This document shows, piece after piece, positions 38,452 to 48,136 of a DNA stretch of 64,000 nt (positions are counted from its first letter, which is position 1; every line of letters starts with the position of its first letter). The notes beneath the pieces are model-generated. The model had not been told where the DNA came from. It saw only the letters and a program-made list of their open reading frames with translations, and ran no database searches. The position numbers and the translations under genes are program-made. Origin of the DNA: Deltaproteobacteria bacterium (lineage in GTDB: Bacteria; Myxococcota_A; Polyangia; Fen-1088); assembly GCA_033763315.1 (NCBI GenBank), contig JANRKS010000002.1, forward strand, positions 64,001-128,000, written 5' to 3'.

Positions 38452-39777
38452 ATGCCCATGCAAACGTCCACCTTTCTCACGCCCCTGGCACTGGCCGCTT
38501 TTGTTGCAAGCTGCACTTTAGGCGGCTGCCAGCCCCAAGGAGAGGACGGCCCTAGCGGTGAAGGTGGCGCGGGAGGCGAGTTCACGGATGACGGCGGCAG
38601 GGCGGGCAGCGATTCGCCCATCGGTGGGGGGGGCGGCGCCGCTGGCGGTGGCCAAGCCGGGTCGTCTCAAGCGGGCAGCGGTGCTGGGGGCCAAGCGGGG
38701 GCGTCTCAAGGCGGCGCCGCTGGCGGTGGCCAAGCTGGTTCTCAAGGCGGCAAGGGAGGTGCAGCGGGTGCGGCACCTGTGCGTGTCGACTTTGGCATCG
38801 ATAGCCTGCCTGACAACACCACTTGCATCGCCATAGCGACCGCCACCGATACAATTCCACCCAAGCTCAGCGACACGGGATGCGTGCAGAAGCAAAACCC
38901 CCGCGAGCCCGCAACAGGCGTGATCCCCTACGACGTCGCTTCGCCCCTGTGGTCTGACGGCGCCAGCAAACGTCGTTTTATGGCGTTGCCTGCAGGCGGG
39001 AAGATCAAGGTCCAAGCGGATGGCGACTGGGAGCTTCCCATCGGCACCACGCTGATCAAAACGTTTGAGCTTGATGGGCAGATGCTGGAGACGCGTTTCA
39101 TGGTCCGTCTCAAGGACGGTTCGTGGCTCGGTTATACGTACCAGTGGCCGCCGAATGGCACAGACGCGATGTTGCAAGACAAGGACGCGGCTGATCGAAA
39201 GGTTGGCAACATCAGATGGACGTTCCCCAGTCGCGCCAATTGCTTGGCCTGTCACACCGAGGCGGCGGGGCGATCGCTTGGGCTTGAGACCGCGCAGCTC
39301 AACTCCGACTTCGTGTACAGCGGAAACAAGGTGGCCAACCAGTTGGCAACCTTCACTCATCTGGCGTTGTTTACAGCGCCGATTGGCGATCCGGCGAAGC
39401 TTCCCGCACTGCCCAACCCGTTGACCTCCACAACGGCCACCACAGAAGCGCGCGCTCGTTCTTATCTGCATTCAAATTGTTCACACTGCCACCGGCCCGG
39501 CGGGGCCATGGAGGTCTCCTTGGATCTTCGCTACGCCACGACATTGGCGCAAACCAAAACGTGCAACGTGGTGCCTTCCAAGACCACCTACAACATTCCT
39601 GGCGCCATGTTGATCGCGCCGGGCAGCGCGGGTCCCGACAGCCAGTCGATTGTTTCTGTTCGTCTAAACAGCACCATTGCAAACATTCGCATGCCGGCCC
39701 TAGGCACCAGTGTCCTCAATACGCAGGCGGTCGCTCTCATCGACGCCTGGATCACTAAATTGAAGGCGTGTCCCTAG
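38452..39777 (+). CDS. Diheme c-type cytochrome lipoprotein
   Basis: LGGC lipobox, PLWSDGASKRR, PIGTTLIKTF, CLACH, CSHCH, RMP. Confidence 0.8.
   Translation: MPMQTSTFLTPLALAAFVASCTLGGCQPQGEDGPSGEGGAGGEFTDDGGRAGSDSPIGGGGGAAGGGQAGSSQAGSGAGGQAGASQGGAAGGGQAGSQGGKGGAAGAAPVRVDFGIDSLPDNTTCIAIATATDTIPPKLSDTGCVQKQNPREPATGVIPYDVASPLWSDGASKRRFMALPAGGKIKVQADGDWELPIGTTLIKTFELDGQMLETRFMVRLKDGSWLGYTYQWPPNGTDAMLQDKDAADRKVGNIRWTFPSRANCLACHTEAAGRSLGLETAQLNSDFVYSGNKVANQLATFTHLALFTAPIGDPAKLPALPNPLTSTTATTEARARSYLHSNCSHCHRPGGAMEVSLDLRYATTLAQTKTCNVVPSKTTYNIPGAMLIAPGSAGPDSQSIVSVRLNSTIANIRMPALGTSVLNTQAVALIDAWITKLKACP
38632..38735 (+). repeat. 26-bp direct repeat within a Gly-rich linker
   Basis: GGCGGCGCCGCTGGCGGTGGCCAAGC at 38632-38657 and 38710-38735, encoding GGAAGGGQA. 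Confidence 0.7.
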
Positions 39778-39821
39778 ATGTTCGCAGGAACGCCCGACAC
39801 CTAACCATCTTAAGAGGTCCA

Positions 39822-41351
39822 ATGAAGCGTCACACTAAGTTCGTTGTTTCCATGCTTGCGAGCGCCACCGCCATGGCGGTGGCCGTCGTTTCCTGTTCGT
39901 CGTCATCGTCCAATAAGGGCGGTAACGGTGGCGATTCCGGAGGCTCGGGTGGTGAGGATGTCTCTGGAGGAAAAGGTGGTGATTCTGGCGCTGGTGGGAG
40001 CAGCAACAACACCGCGGGAGGCTCAGGAGGCAACGTAAACGGCGGCAACGGAGGTAATGGCGGGGGATCGGCTGGTGGCAGTGGCGGAACCTTATCCGTC
40101 GTGAACACAGCTAGCTGCGTTCCTCCAAAACTCAAGTTGACGTCCGTGGCCACGGCGTCTGACAGCGTTATGGCGATCGCCCAAGCGGAAGGCGATCCAC
40201 GCATCTTCGTGGTTGAACTGAGCGGCATCATTCGAATCTTGCGCGATGGCAAACTTGAGCCCACGCCGTTTGCAGACTTCACCGACAGCGTGATGATCGC
40301 GGGCAATGACGGCACGTCGGAGCGGGGCCTGCTCAACTTGGCCTTACATCCGCAGTTCAAAACGAACGGCCGCTTCTTCGTGTTCTACACGCGCAGAGCG
40401 GCGGATCCCCTTTCCTCGGGCGCTGCGGGCGACATCGTCATCGCTGAGGGCAAGCAATCCACGACGCCCGACAAAGCGGAAACAACGCTGAAGGTCTTCA
40501 CCACCGTGACACACCCCGAGGACAATCACATTGGCGGTATGTTGGGATTCGGGCCTGATGGCAAACTCTATGCGGGCATTGGGGATGGCGGGGGCGGTTG
40601 GGACAAGTTCAAAGCGGGCCAAGACGATAAACAGAAGCTGGCCAAGATCCTGCGATTTGATGTCGATAAGCCGTCCGAGACCGTGCCCGGCAACCTAAAG
40701 GCCGCTGGCGCCGACATTCACTCGTGGGCCAAGGGGGTGCGCAACCCATTCCGAGGCAGCTTCGATCGCGCCACCGGAGATATGTATTTTGGCGACGTGG
40801 GAGAGGCTAGCTACGAGGAAGTGAACTTCGTACCTCCGGGCCAAAGTGATCTGAACTTTGGATGGGGATACGACCCCACACTGGTTGAGGGACAACATCA
40901 AAAACAGTCGGGCATGGAGGGATTGCATCCTTTCCCCTATTTCACGGCTGTGGCGTGGCAGCCTAGAGATTATCTGCCCGTATTTGAGTACCCACACGAT
41001 GGCCCCGGATGGAGTGCCGCCGCTGCGTCCTATATGAGGATGGGGTTCTCGTGCGGCGGCGGAGATAGTTCCGCCTGTTCGGCAGCGGTCGTGGGCGGAT
41101 TCGTGTACCGAGGCAAGAAGATCCCTGCGATGTACGGACGCTACGTGTTCGGCGACAACCCGCGCAACAAGATCAATTCGTTCATCGTCAAAGACAAGAA
41201 GGCCACCTGCGAGGCCGATCTGTCAGACGATCTAGAGGTGAAGGCCGCCGGAACTCGTGTAGGCGGGCTCAGTGGCTTCGGCGAGGATGCAGCCGGCGAA
41301 CTTTACGTCCTTGACTTGGATAAGCACATCTATCGGATCGAAGCCGAGTGA
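39822..41351 (+). CDS. PQQ-dependent glucose/sorbosone dehydrogenase-family lipoprotein
   Basis: ERGLLNLALHPQF, NHIGGMLGFGPDG, GDGG, GVRNPFR, GDVG, FGEDAAGELY. Confidence 0.88.
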   Translation: MKRHTKFVVSMLASATAMAVAVVSCSSSSSNKGGNGGDSGGSGGEDVSGGKGGDSGAGGSSNNTAGGSGGNVNGGNGGNGGGSAGGSGGTLSVVNTASCVPPKLKLTSVATASDSVMAIAQAEGDPRIFVVELSGIIRILRDGKLEPTPFADFTDSVMIAGNDGTSERGLLNLALHPQFKTNGRFFVFYTRRAADPLSSGAAGDIVIAEGKQSTTPDKAETTLKVFTTVTHPEDNHIGGMLGFGPDGKLYAGIGDGGGGWDKFKAGQDDKQKLAKILRFDVDKPSETVPGNLKAAGADIHSWAKGVRNPFRGSFDRATGDMYFGDVGEASYEEVNFVPPGQSDLNFGWGYDPTLVEGQHQKQSGMEGLHPFPYFTAVAWQPRDYLPVFEYPHDGPGWSAAAASYMRMGFSCGGGDSSACSAAVVGGFVYRGKKIPAMYGRYVFGDNPRNKINSFIVKDKKATCEADLSDDLEVKAAGTRVGGLSGFGEDAAGELYVLDLDKHIYRIEAE

Positions 41352-41414
41352 CAAAACGACGGCGTCGGATGAGCGCAACGCGACTTCGGCGCCGTTGGAA
41401 TGAGAGCACGGGGC

Positions 41415-42809
41415 CTAAAACACGCCCGTGATAGGCCCGGGCTTGACGCCCTTGGCCTGGGTGCCGAAGGTGGTGTCCTTCTGACCGAACGCCTGCAGCA
41501 CGGTGACGTAGAGGTTGTTGAGCGACTGATCGGTGGAATTCCACACTTGCTCGACGTCGGTGAACGAAAGCAGCCGCCCCATCTTCACGTCAGGACCCAG
41601 GCTGCCCGCCAACACCGCATGCACCGAATTGCCGTTGTGGCCCGCGCCATAGCCGAAGTCGCACGTCCATTGAATGGCTGTGTGATCCAACAACGATCCG
41701 CCTTCTTCCTGCACCTCAGAGAAGCGCGACATCATTTTCGCAAACCGCGACGCATACCAACGGTAACCCGACAGCAGCCCGCTGATGTTGCGCTTGGATT
41801 CCCCCGCGTGCACCATGTCGTGCCAGTTCGCGTATCCCGAAAGAAAGCCGCTGAAGACGCCCGGGTCGTGATCGTCTGTGAACTCGACGGTTGCCACGGG
41901 TGTGAGGTTGCACGCGAACGCCATCGCCAGGATCTCGATTTGCGCTTCGGCGCTGGCTTCGTGGTTCGCGTCGGGGTTAAAGCCCGCCGGCAAGGTCAGC
42001 TTCGGGGTTGTGCATGACGTGCTGCCTTGCGCGGCAAAACGCATCTCAAGCTCGCGAAGCTTATCTGAGTGTTGATCCAAACGGCGTTTGTCTTCGGTGC
42101 CAAGCCGCGAGCGGAAGCTGGCCATATTCTCCTTCACGCCGTCGAGCACTGACTTGCGACGCAAAGCCAAACGTTCCAGTTCTTTGGCCGACTGATCGTT
42201 CGTGGTGAACAGCGAAGCCAGCACCTTGCGCGGATCGCCCTGCGATTCAATGCGATCGCCGGGGCCCGCATAAAGCCGTATCTTCGCCGAGCGGCCCACA
42301 GCCAAATTCAAGCTTGAGCGCTGGCCCGTTTTGCGAATGCGCGACGACAGCACCTGATCAAACGATGGCCCCGTGCCATTGGGGGCGCACGTCAAACACG
42401 TGCTCTGCTTCGTGGTGTGGCCATCGCCGGTCGCGAGATCCGAGACTTTGTTGTCGATGCCGCGCAGAAACAGCATGCGATCTTTGTAGGGAGCGATCGG
42501 CTCCAAAATGGAACCCAGCTTGAAGTCGGTGGGGCTGGTCCCCGGGATCGCCCACTGGTTGTATTGCGTTCCCTGCCCTTGGTGCCACAACAAGAAGCGC
42601 TTTGGCACGCCGGGCGCGGCTTGCGCTTTGCCGCTGAGCGCTTCGATGAATGGCAGACCCAAGGTGATGCCGCCCACGCCCCGCAACAGCGCGCGTCGGC
42701 CCAAAACGAATGCACCAGTCTTGTGCGCTTGTGCGTGTTGTAACTCTTGGTCAACCCGCTTTTGATCGGCGGCCACTTTGCGATTCATGGTGGTTCCTCC
42801 TGCGCTCAT
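41415..42809 (-). CDS. DUF1552-family protein
   Basis: GRRALLRGVGGITLGLPF, RRKSVLD, DKRRLDQH, WHDMVH, SLLDHT. Start is 42809 (ATGA overlap) or 42788 (GGAGG RBS). Confidence 0.88.
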   Translation of the reverse strand: MSAGGTTMNRKVAADQKRVDQELQHAQAHKTGAFVLGRRALLRGVGGITLGLPFIEALSGKAQAAPGVPKRFLLWHQGQGTQYNQWAIPGTSPTDFKLGSILEPIAPYKDRMLFLRGIDNKVSDLATGDGHTTKQSTCLTCAPNGTGPSFDQVLSSRIRKTGQRSSLNLAVGRSAKIRLYAGPGDRIESQGDPRKVLASLFTTNDQSAKELERLALRRKSVLDGVKENMASFRSRLGTEDKRRLDQHSDKLRELEMRFAAQGSTSCTTPKLTLPAGFNPDANHEASAEAQIEILAMAFACNLTPVATVEFTDDHDPGVFSGFLSGYANWHDMVHAGESKRNISGLLSGYRWYASRFAKMMSRFSEVQEEGGSLLDHTAIQWTCDFGYGAGHNGNSVHAVLAGSLGPDVKMGRLLSFTDVEQVWNSTDQSLNNLYVTVLQAFGQKDTTFGTQAKGVKPGPITGVF

Positions 42810-44548
42810 TGCGGCACCCGGCGGTAAAGGAAGTTGTCGCTCAGGCTCAGTGCCACCAACAGCTCTTTGAGATCGCCCTTGGCTTCCGAGAATTTGTTTT
42901 CGATGAACGCGATCGCGCACGCATCGTCGTCGCCATAGCTGCGCGCAATGGCGTATGAAAACAGCTGCCGCGCGAAGCAGCCTTTGACCACCTCACTGCT
43001 GGCCAAACGCTTTGCCAACTCGGGGCCGCCATTGAACGCGCCACTGATGTCGCCTGCGTCCACCAGCTCGCCGCTTGTGTCGACCGTCAAGTTGTTGCCC
43101 TCAGTGGTGCGGAAGCGGCCAAGCGCGTCGTAGCCTTCCAAACCAAAACCGATCGGATCCATCATCGCGTGGCAACCGGCGCACGTGGGATCGTTGCGAT
43201 GCTGGTTAAACCGTTCCCGCCCCCGCACGTTCGGATCCACGGCGGGTGGTTCGATCACGATGTTGGCTGGAATCACGATGTCTTGGCAAAGCATGTGGCG
43301 CCGCACGAAGGCACCACGGGCCACCGGGAAGGACTCCTGAGAACCAGCGTGCGACGCCAAAAACGCCGCCGATGTAAGCAGGCCCGCGCGCTGGCTTTCG
43401 TTCAGCGAAACCTTGGCAAACTTGTCACCCATGCTGGAATCGGCACCGTAGATCTTGGCCAACGACGCGTTTACCATGGTGCTCTTGCCGGCCAACAAAC
43501 CAGCGATCGAGCCGTCGCCACGGAACGCCAATTCAGTGGCGGCTTGGCTGACCTCAGAGCGCATGGCTGTGGCCAAACTCTCATTCCATTCGGGGAATCG
43601 GGCGGCGTCTTTGGTTTGGCTATCCAAACGATAAAGCTCAAGCCAATCTTCCAAGAACGGTCCGTACACGTTGAGCGCGCGGGGATCAGACAGCATCTTG
43701 CGCGCCTGCGCTTCGACGTCCTTCGATTCGTGCAGCATGCCGTCGTCGGCCAGTTGTGAGAGCTCATCGTTGGGCGGGGAATCCCACAACAAGAAGCTCA
43801 ACCGCGAGGCAATTTCGTGGTCCGTTAATGGCACCACGTCCCCTGAAGCGCCTGTCTTGGCGCCGAATTCTGAGATGTATAGGAACTGCGGCGACTGCAG
43901 CACAAGTTCCACGACGGCGCCCAAAGATTCGGCCGGTGTGAAGGCGGCGCCAATCAGTTTGCTGTAGGTGTTATTTAACGTATCGAGCTCGGCCTTTTCG
44001 AGGGGCCGCCTGTACGCCTTGCGCGCAAGCTTTGCGATGTAGCCGCGCGCACAGGCGTCGTCCGCGGCGTTCGTGGGGGCGCAACCGGCCAAGGCTTTCA
44101 CGTCCGTTGTAACCTTGGTGGCGATTGTTGTGGCCGCTGATGATATTTGTTCTGCGCCGTCCGCGGTCACGCTGTTGGCATCAACAAACGTGCGATAGCC
44201 CTCGCGAATCGAAGCCTTGGGAAATGTGTTCGCCGTGGCAGCCGCCGCGCCGAACAGCTCTTTGACCGCATTTTGAAACTGCGACTGTGTAAGACGACGG
44301 TTCAGAACCACGCCAGGCTTGGGTGCCTTGCACAAAGGTGCGGGCGCGCCGGGCTCCGATAGCGGAGGACTGTCGGTGTTCTGGTCGCCGTTGGCGACGT
44401 CGTTGCCATCAGGGCTTTTCTGGCTGCTGTCACCACCGCTGATGCTGCCCGTGCAGGCCGTGGCAAACACAATGGCAGCGTACAAAGCTGAGCGTGCAAA
44501 GCTTTGCGCCTTTGCGAACGCGAACCGGCAAACGAACTGCTGCTGCAT
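42806..44548 (-). CDS. DUF1592/DUF1588-type lipoprotein with a c-type heme motif
   Basis: ATAC lipobox, RRLT, RLSFLLWDSPP, RAGLLT, CAGCH, DPIGFGLEGYD. Confidence 0.9.
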   Translation of the reverse strand: MQQQFVCRFAFAKAQSFARSALYAAIVFATACTGSISGGDSSQKSPDGNDVANGDQNTDSPPLSEPGAPAPLCKAPKPGVVLNRRLTQSQFQNAVKELFGAAAATANTFPKASIREGYRTFVDANSVTADGAEQISSAATTIATKVTTDVKALAGCAPTNAADDACARGYIAKLARKAYRRPLEKAELDTLNNTYSKLIGAAFTPAESLGAVVELVLQSPQFLYISEFGAKTGASGDVVPLTDHEIASRLSFLLWDSPPNDELSQLADDGMLHESKDVEAQARKMLSDPRALNVYGPFLEDWLELYRLDSQTKDAARFPEWNESLATAMRSEVSQAATELAFRGDGSIAGLLAGKSTMVNASLAKIYGADSSMGDKFAKVSLNESQRAGLLTSAAFLASHAGSQESFPVARGAFVRRHMLCQDIVIPANIVIEPPAVDPNVRGRERFNQHRNDPTCAGCHAMMDPIGFGLEGYDALGRFRTTEGNNLTVDTSGELVDAGDISGAFNGGPELAKRLASSEVVKGCFARQLFSYAIARSYGDDDACAIAFIENKFSEAKGDLKELLVALSLSDNFLYRRVPQ

Positions 44549-44865
44549 CGGATCCCTCCACCCACAAAACGACGTATGGGTAATTCGACTAGCGAATAGG
44601 GTAACATTGGGTCGTTTTGGTGTCGCCCATATTTACCCGTTGGGTAGACCTTTTTATCTAAACAGATATACGTAAAATACTTACGGGTGTGTGCGTATGT
44701 AGCAGGGTCAACCACGCCGCCAACCGATAAGGCGCAGCCACTCTAGGGTCAGGCCGCGTTTGCGTTTGGATGCCCTCGGCCACCCGATGGTCACAAGCGA
44801 AACGCGGGGGCCTTGCCGGGTGTTACGGTCACGTTAGTGCGGACACCCATGAAACTCATGCCAGC

Positions 44866-45531
44866 TTAGGGCTCGCTGATCCTCTCGCGCTCTTCACGCC
44901 GCTTGAGCAAAAACTCAGCCAAGGCCCCCTGGGAGTGGACTCCCAACTTGCGGTAAATCGCCTTGAGGTGGTTACGGATCGTGTGCGGTGAGATGCCCAA
45001 CGCCGTGGCCATCTCTGGCGCGCGCCGCCCTTGCAGCAGCAGGCCCAAAATATCTTTTTCGCGCGCTGAGACGGAACCGCGCTCTTCGATCGTTAGCAGC
45101 TCATCCAGCGACCACACAGACGCGGCTGCAGGCATCATCGAGGGGGTGTGGCGAGGCGCGTGTTCTTTGAGCACGCGATCCACAGCGGCGGTGAGTTGCT
45201 CGGGGAAAAACGGCTTGCGCAGATAATCGGCGGCGCGGTTGCGCATGGCTTCGATGACGTCTTCGATGTTGCCCGTGCCGCTCATGATGATGACGGGCAG
45301 ATCCAGGCGGCCTGCGTCGCGCAGGCTTTTGAGCAGCGCGTGGCCGCTCATGTCGGGCAAGCCCAAATCCAGCAGGATCAAGTCGATTGGTTGCTTGAGC
45401 AGGGCGAGCGCTTGCTCAACTGAACTCGCCGTGTGCGTCTGTAGGCCCTGGCGCTCAAGCACCTGCCTCACCGACTTGGACAAGCCAGCGTCATCGTCCA
45501 CGATAAGAACTGTTTTCTGCAAAAGCGGCAT
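44866..45531 (-). CDS. Response regulator, REC plus LuxR HTH
   Basis: LIVDDD, LLDLGLPD, KPF, SAREKDIL...GISPHTIRNHLKAIYRKLGV. Confidence 0.9.
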   Translation of the reverse strand: MPLLQKTVLIVDDDAGLSKSVRQVLERQGLQTHTASSVEQALALLKQPIDLILLDLGLPDMSGHALLKSLRDAGRLDLPVIIMSGTGNIEDVIEAMRNRAADYLRKPFFPEQLTAAVDRVLKEHAPRHTPSMMPAAASVWSLDELLTIEERGSVSAREKDILGLLLQGRRAPEMATALGISPHTIRNHLKAIYRKLGVHSQGALAEFLLKRREERERISEP

Positions 45532-45742
45532 CTCCCCCCCGGACCCAGTTGCCACGCTCAAACTGCGCCATGGTACGTGAGACGCACACGTTGTCACGAG
45601 ATTCGCTCAATTGCGGCACCCTTTCATAGTTTTTCACGTCAGCCTCGTTACAAAATGGCTCACTATGAGTCAGTTGTCTGTTCGCAATCGGCGCGGTGGT
45701 GTCAAAGAAACAGGACAAGCTGCCGATGTTCCGATTTCTGCC

Positions 45743-46600
45743 ATGACCTCGGACGCGTCATCGTCGCCAAATCGAAACGAGCCTGTGTTCCTCGGCGAAT
45801 ACCTCGTTCGCCTTGGCTTCGTGACGGAGCCGCAGCTTGCCGCTGCTTTGGCGCTGCAAAAGGAGGTGAACCTCAAACTTGGCGAGTGCGCGGTGGATTT
45901 GGGGTTCCTGTCACGAGCGGATGCGTTGGCCGTCTATGAAGCGCAACGAACCAACGATGTGACTTTTGGTGTGCTTGCGGTGAAGTTGGGCAAACTTACT
46001 CGACTTCAGCTTGAACAGGCGCTTGAGTACCAACGCTTTAAACACCTTCGCATTGGCGAGGCGTTGGTCAAGTTGGGCGCGATCTCAGCGCCTTTGCTTG
46101 AACAGGCAGCGAAAGCTTTCGAGGATCTGTGGCCTAAACCTGCAGCGAAGACGGCCGCCGCGCCCGCGAGCAAAGTGGCGGAATCTGAGCTTGTGGATTG
46201 TACGCAGCGTTTGTTGGTACGCGTGGCGGGGTTACGCACGAAACAGACGCCCTGGGAACCCTTGGACGCGGGACCTCGGGTTGACCTTCTCACCACAGGG
46301 ATACAGCTCAATGGGCGGGCCCGCCTGGGTTTATGGATTTCAGTCTCGCGGGTGACCGGTGCCGCTTTGGCCAAAGGGTTGCTGCCCGGTTTTGAGGGCC
46401 ATGACGTTGGCCACCTGGCGCTTGATGAACTTGTGAACATGGTGTGCGGCCATGCCGTGTCGGCGCTTGAGAAGGTCGGTTTACATTGGAGCAACTGCCC
46501 TCCCAAGCGAGGCTGGCCCGAGTTACACACGCAAACGGGGCACGTGGTGACTTTGGTTGCCCCGGATGATGAACGCTTGGAGTTACGGGTGACGCGCTAA
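45743..46600 (+). CDS. MshEN-like repeat protein with a C-terminal CheX-like domain
   Basis: Four LG/FG/IG-xx-hydrophobic-xxG repeats, DELVNMVCG (ExxN). Start uncertain (45665 possible). Confidence 0.65.
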   Translation: MTSDASSSPNRNEPVFLGEYLVRLGFVTEPQLAAALALQKEVNLKLGECAVDLGFLSRADALAVYEAQRTNDVTFGVLAVKLGKLTRLQLEQALEYQRFKHLRIGEALVKLGAISAPLLEQAAKAFEDLWPKPAAKTAAAPASKVAESELVDCTQRLLVRVAGLRTKQTPWEPLDAGPRVDLLTTGIQLNGRARLGLWISVSRVTGAALAKGLLPGFEGHDVGHLALDELVNMVCGHAVSALEKVGLHWSNCPPKRGWPELHTQTGHVVTLVAPDDERLELRVTR

Positions 46601-46615
46601 AGTCTTCGCGCTGGC

Positions 46616-47686
46616 TTAGACTTTGCGCGCTTCTAGCTTTTGACGTTCGCCTTCAAGCTCGAGCGAGAACGATTTGGCTTCTGAGCCCACCTTTGCTGAC
46701 AAAGCGGCCAGCGGCAAGGCCGCGCGGGTCACGCCGAAATCCAGCACGGTTTGCGGCATATGGGGCGCCACACAATCGGCAGGCTCTTGCACAAATACGG
46801 CCCCGCCCGCGCCCGCAATGGCTGCCGCACCCAGGGCGCCATCGCGGCCAAGCCCCGTCAGCAAGACGCCAATGGTGAACCGACCGCAAGCCACGACCAA
46901 GCTTTTAAACAACGGATCGGCCGCTGGTTTAACGTAGTTTTCGGGCGCTGTGTCGAGCAGCCGAATGCGCCCTGTTTGTGAATCCAAAACCATATGGCGT
47001 TCGCCTGGCGCGACGAAAACGTGGCCCGCCCGCGCCACGACACCCGACGTGGCCAATTCCACCGGCAGCGCAGATCGTTCCCGCAAGCGCTTGACCAGAT
47101 CCTCCATCATCCAAGCCGGTCCGTGTTGCACGACGAAAACGCAGGTTTCGGGTCCCGGCGTTAGGGCTGAGAGAAACGCGCCTAAGGCGGCGGGGCCACC
47201 TGTGCTGGCAGCCACCCCCAGCGCCACGAAGGGAGGCACACCCGTGTGTTTGACGGGACATAGGTCGGCGGACGAAGGGGAGGGCTGGGCGCGCCTCGCC
47301 AACGCTGCGCGCACCACCTGCGCCACCACGGCGGGTTCCGAAGGTTTACCGAGAAAATCATCGGCACCGGAGGCGAGCGCGTGGCTGCGAGCTTCCTGGC
47401 TGGCCAGTGCCGTCAACATGATTACCGCAGGCCTGTGTGGCACCTCGGCCCGCAAGCGGCGGCACAGCTCAATGCCATCCATCTCGGGCATCAACCAATC
47501 TGTCACGAGCGCGCCAAATTCCACTTGCTTGAGCAGGGCCAGAGCGGTCTCACCGTTGTCGGCGCGACGAACGTCGAAACCAGCGTGCGCCAATGCGACC
47601 TCCAATAGACGACCCGACACCGGATCGTCTTCGGCGATCAGCACCCGCGAAGAAGCTTCGGACACGACTGTTTCATCGACAGCCAA
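46616..47686 (-). CDS. cheB: REC-CheB methylesterase (second copy)
   Basis: AASTGGP, VQHG, LTGLGRDG catalytic triad, N-terminal receiver domain. Confidence 0.85.
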   Translation of the reverse strand: MAVDETVVSEASSRVLIAEDDPVSGRLLEVALAHAGFDVRRADNGETALALLKQVEFGALVTDWLMPEMDGIELCRRLRAEVPHRPAVIMLTALASQEARSHALASGADDFLGKPSEPAVVAQVVRAALARRAQPSPSSADLCPVKHTGVPPFVALGVAASTGGPAALGAFLSALTPGPETCVFVVQHGPAWMMEDLVKRLRERSALPVELATSGVVARAGHVFVAPGERHMVLDSQTGRIRLLDTAPENYVKPAADPLFKSLVVACGRFTIGVLLTGLGRDGALGAAAIAGAGGAVFVQEPADCVAPHMPQTVLDFGVTRAALPLAALSAKVGSEAKSFSLELEGERQKLEARKV

Positions 47687-47718
47687 AGGCCGTTCTTTAG
47701 ATACCGCCCTTGTTGCCG

Positions 47719-48111
47719 ATGCAAATCCATATGCAGGTGCGTGAGGAACGGGAAACCGTCAGCATTGATCGCCTCGCGGCCTTGCTTGGGGGGGACGCTC
47801 AGGGCGCACAGGAGATCCTTAGTCTGTTCTTGGCAGAGATCCCACGCTATGCCCAGCGCTTCGCGGTGGCCACGTCGGTGCCTGAGTTTGCGGGGCTGGT
47901 TCACCGGCTGCGTGGTTCATTGCTGCCGCTTGGGCTGCTGACGGACGCGGCTCGGTTGGCCGACATTGAGCTTGACGCGCGATCATCAACAACGATAGAC
48001 GGCGACGCCATCCGTTGGATCGCTACCTTGCTGCCGGCGCTCGCCGCGGAGACCCAGCAGCAGCTGGACTCACGCGGATCCCAACGAACAAGGCAAGGCC
48101 TTAAGCCATGA
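47719..48111 (+). CDS. Stand-alone Hpt-domain protein
   Basis: LVHRLRGS phospho-His motif, helical. Confidence 0.6.
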   Translation: MQIHMQVREERETVSIDRLAALLGGDAQGAQEILSLFLAEIPRYAQRFAVATSVPEFAGLVHRLRGSLLPLGLLTDAARLADIELDARSSTTIDGDAIRWIATLLPALAAETQQQLDSRGSQRTRQGLKP

Positions 48112-48136
48112 CGGGGTCTGGCCGATAACTTTTGCC

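Noticed and set aside
38632-40090. Repetitive GGC-rich tracts as a CRISPR array or other DNA repeat
   Set aside because: They encode Gly/Ser lipoprotein linkers and have no repeat-spacer structure or cas genes.
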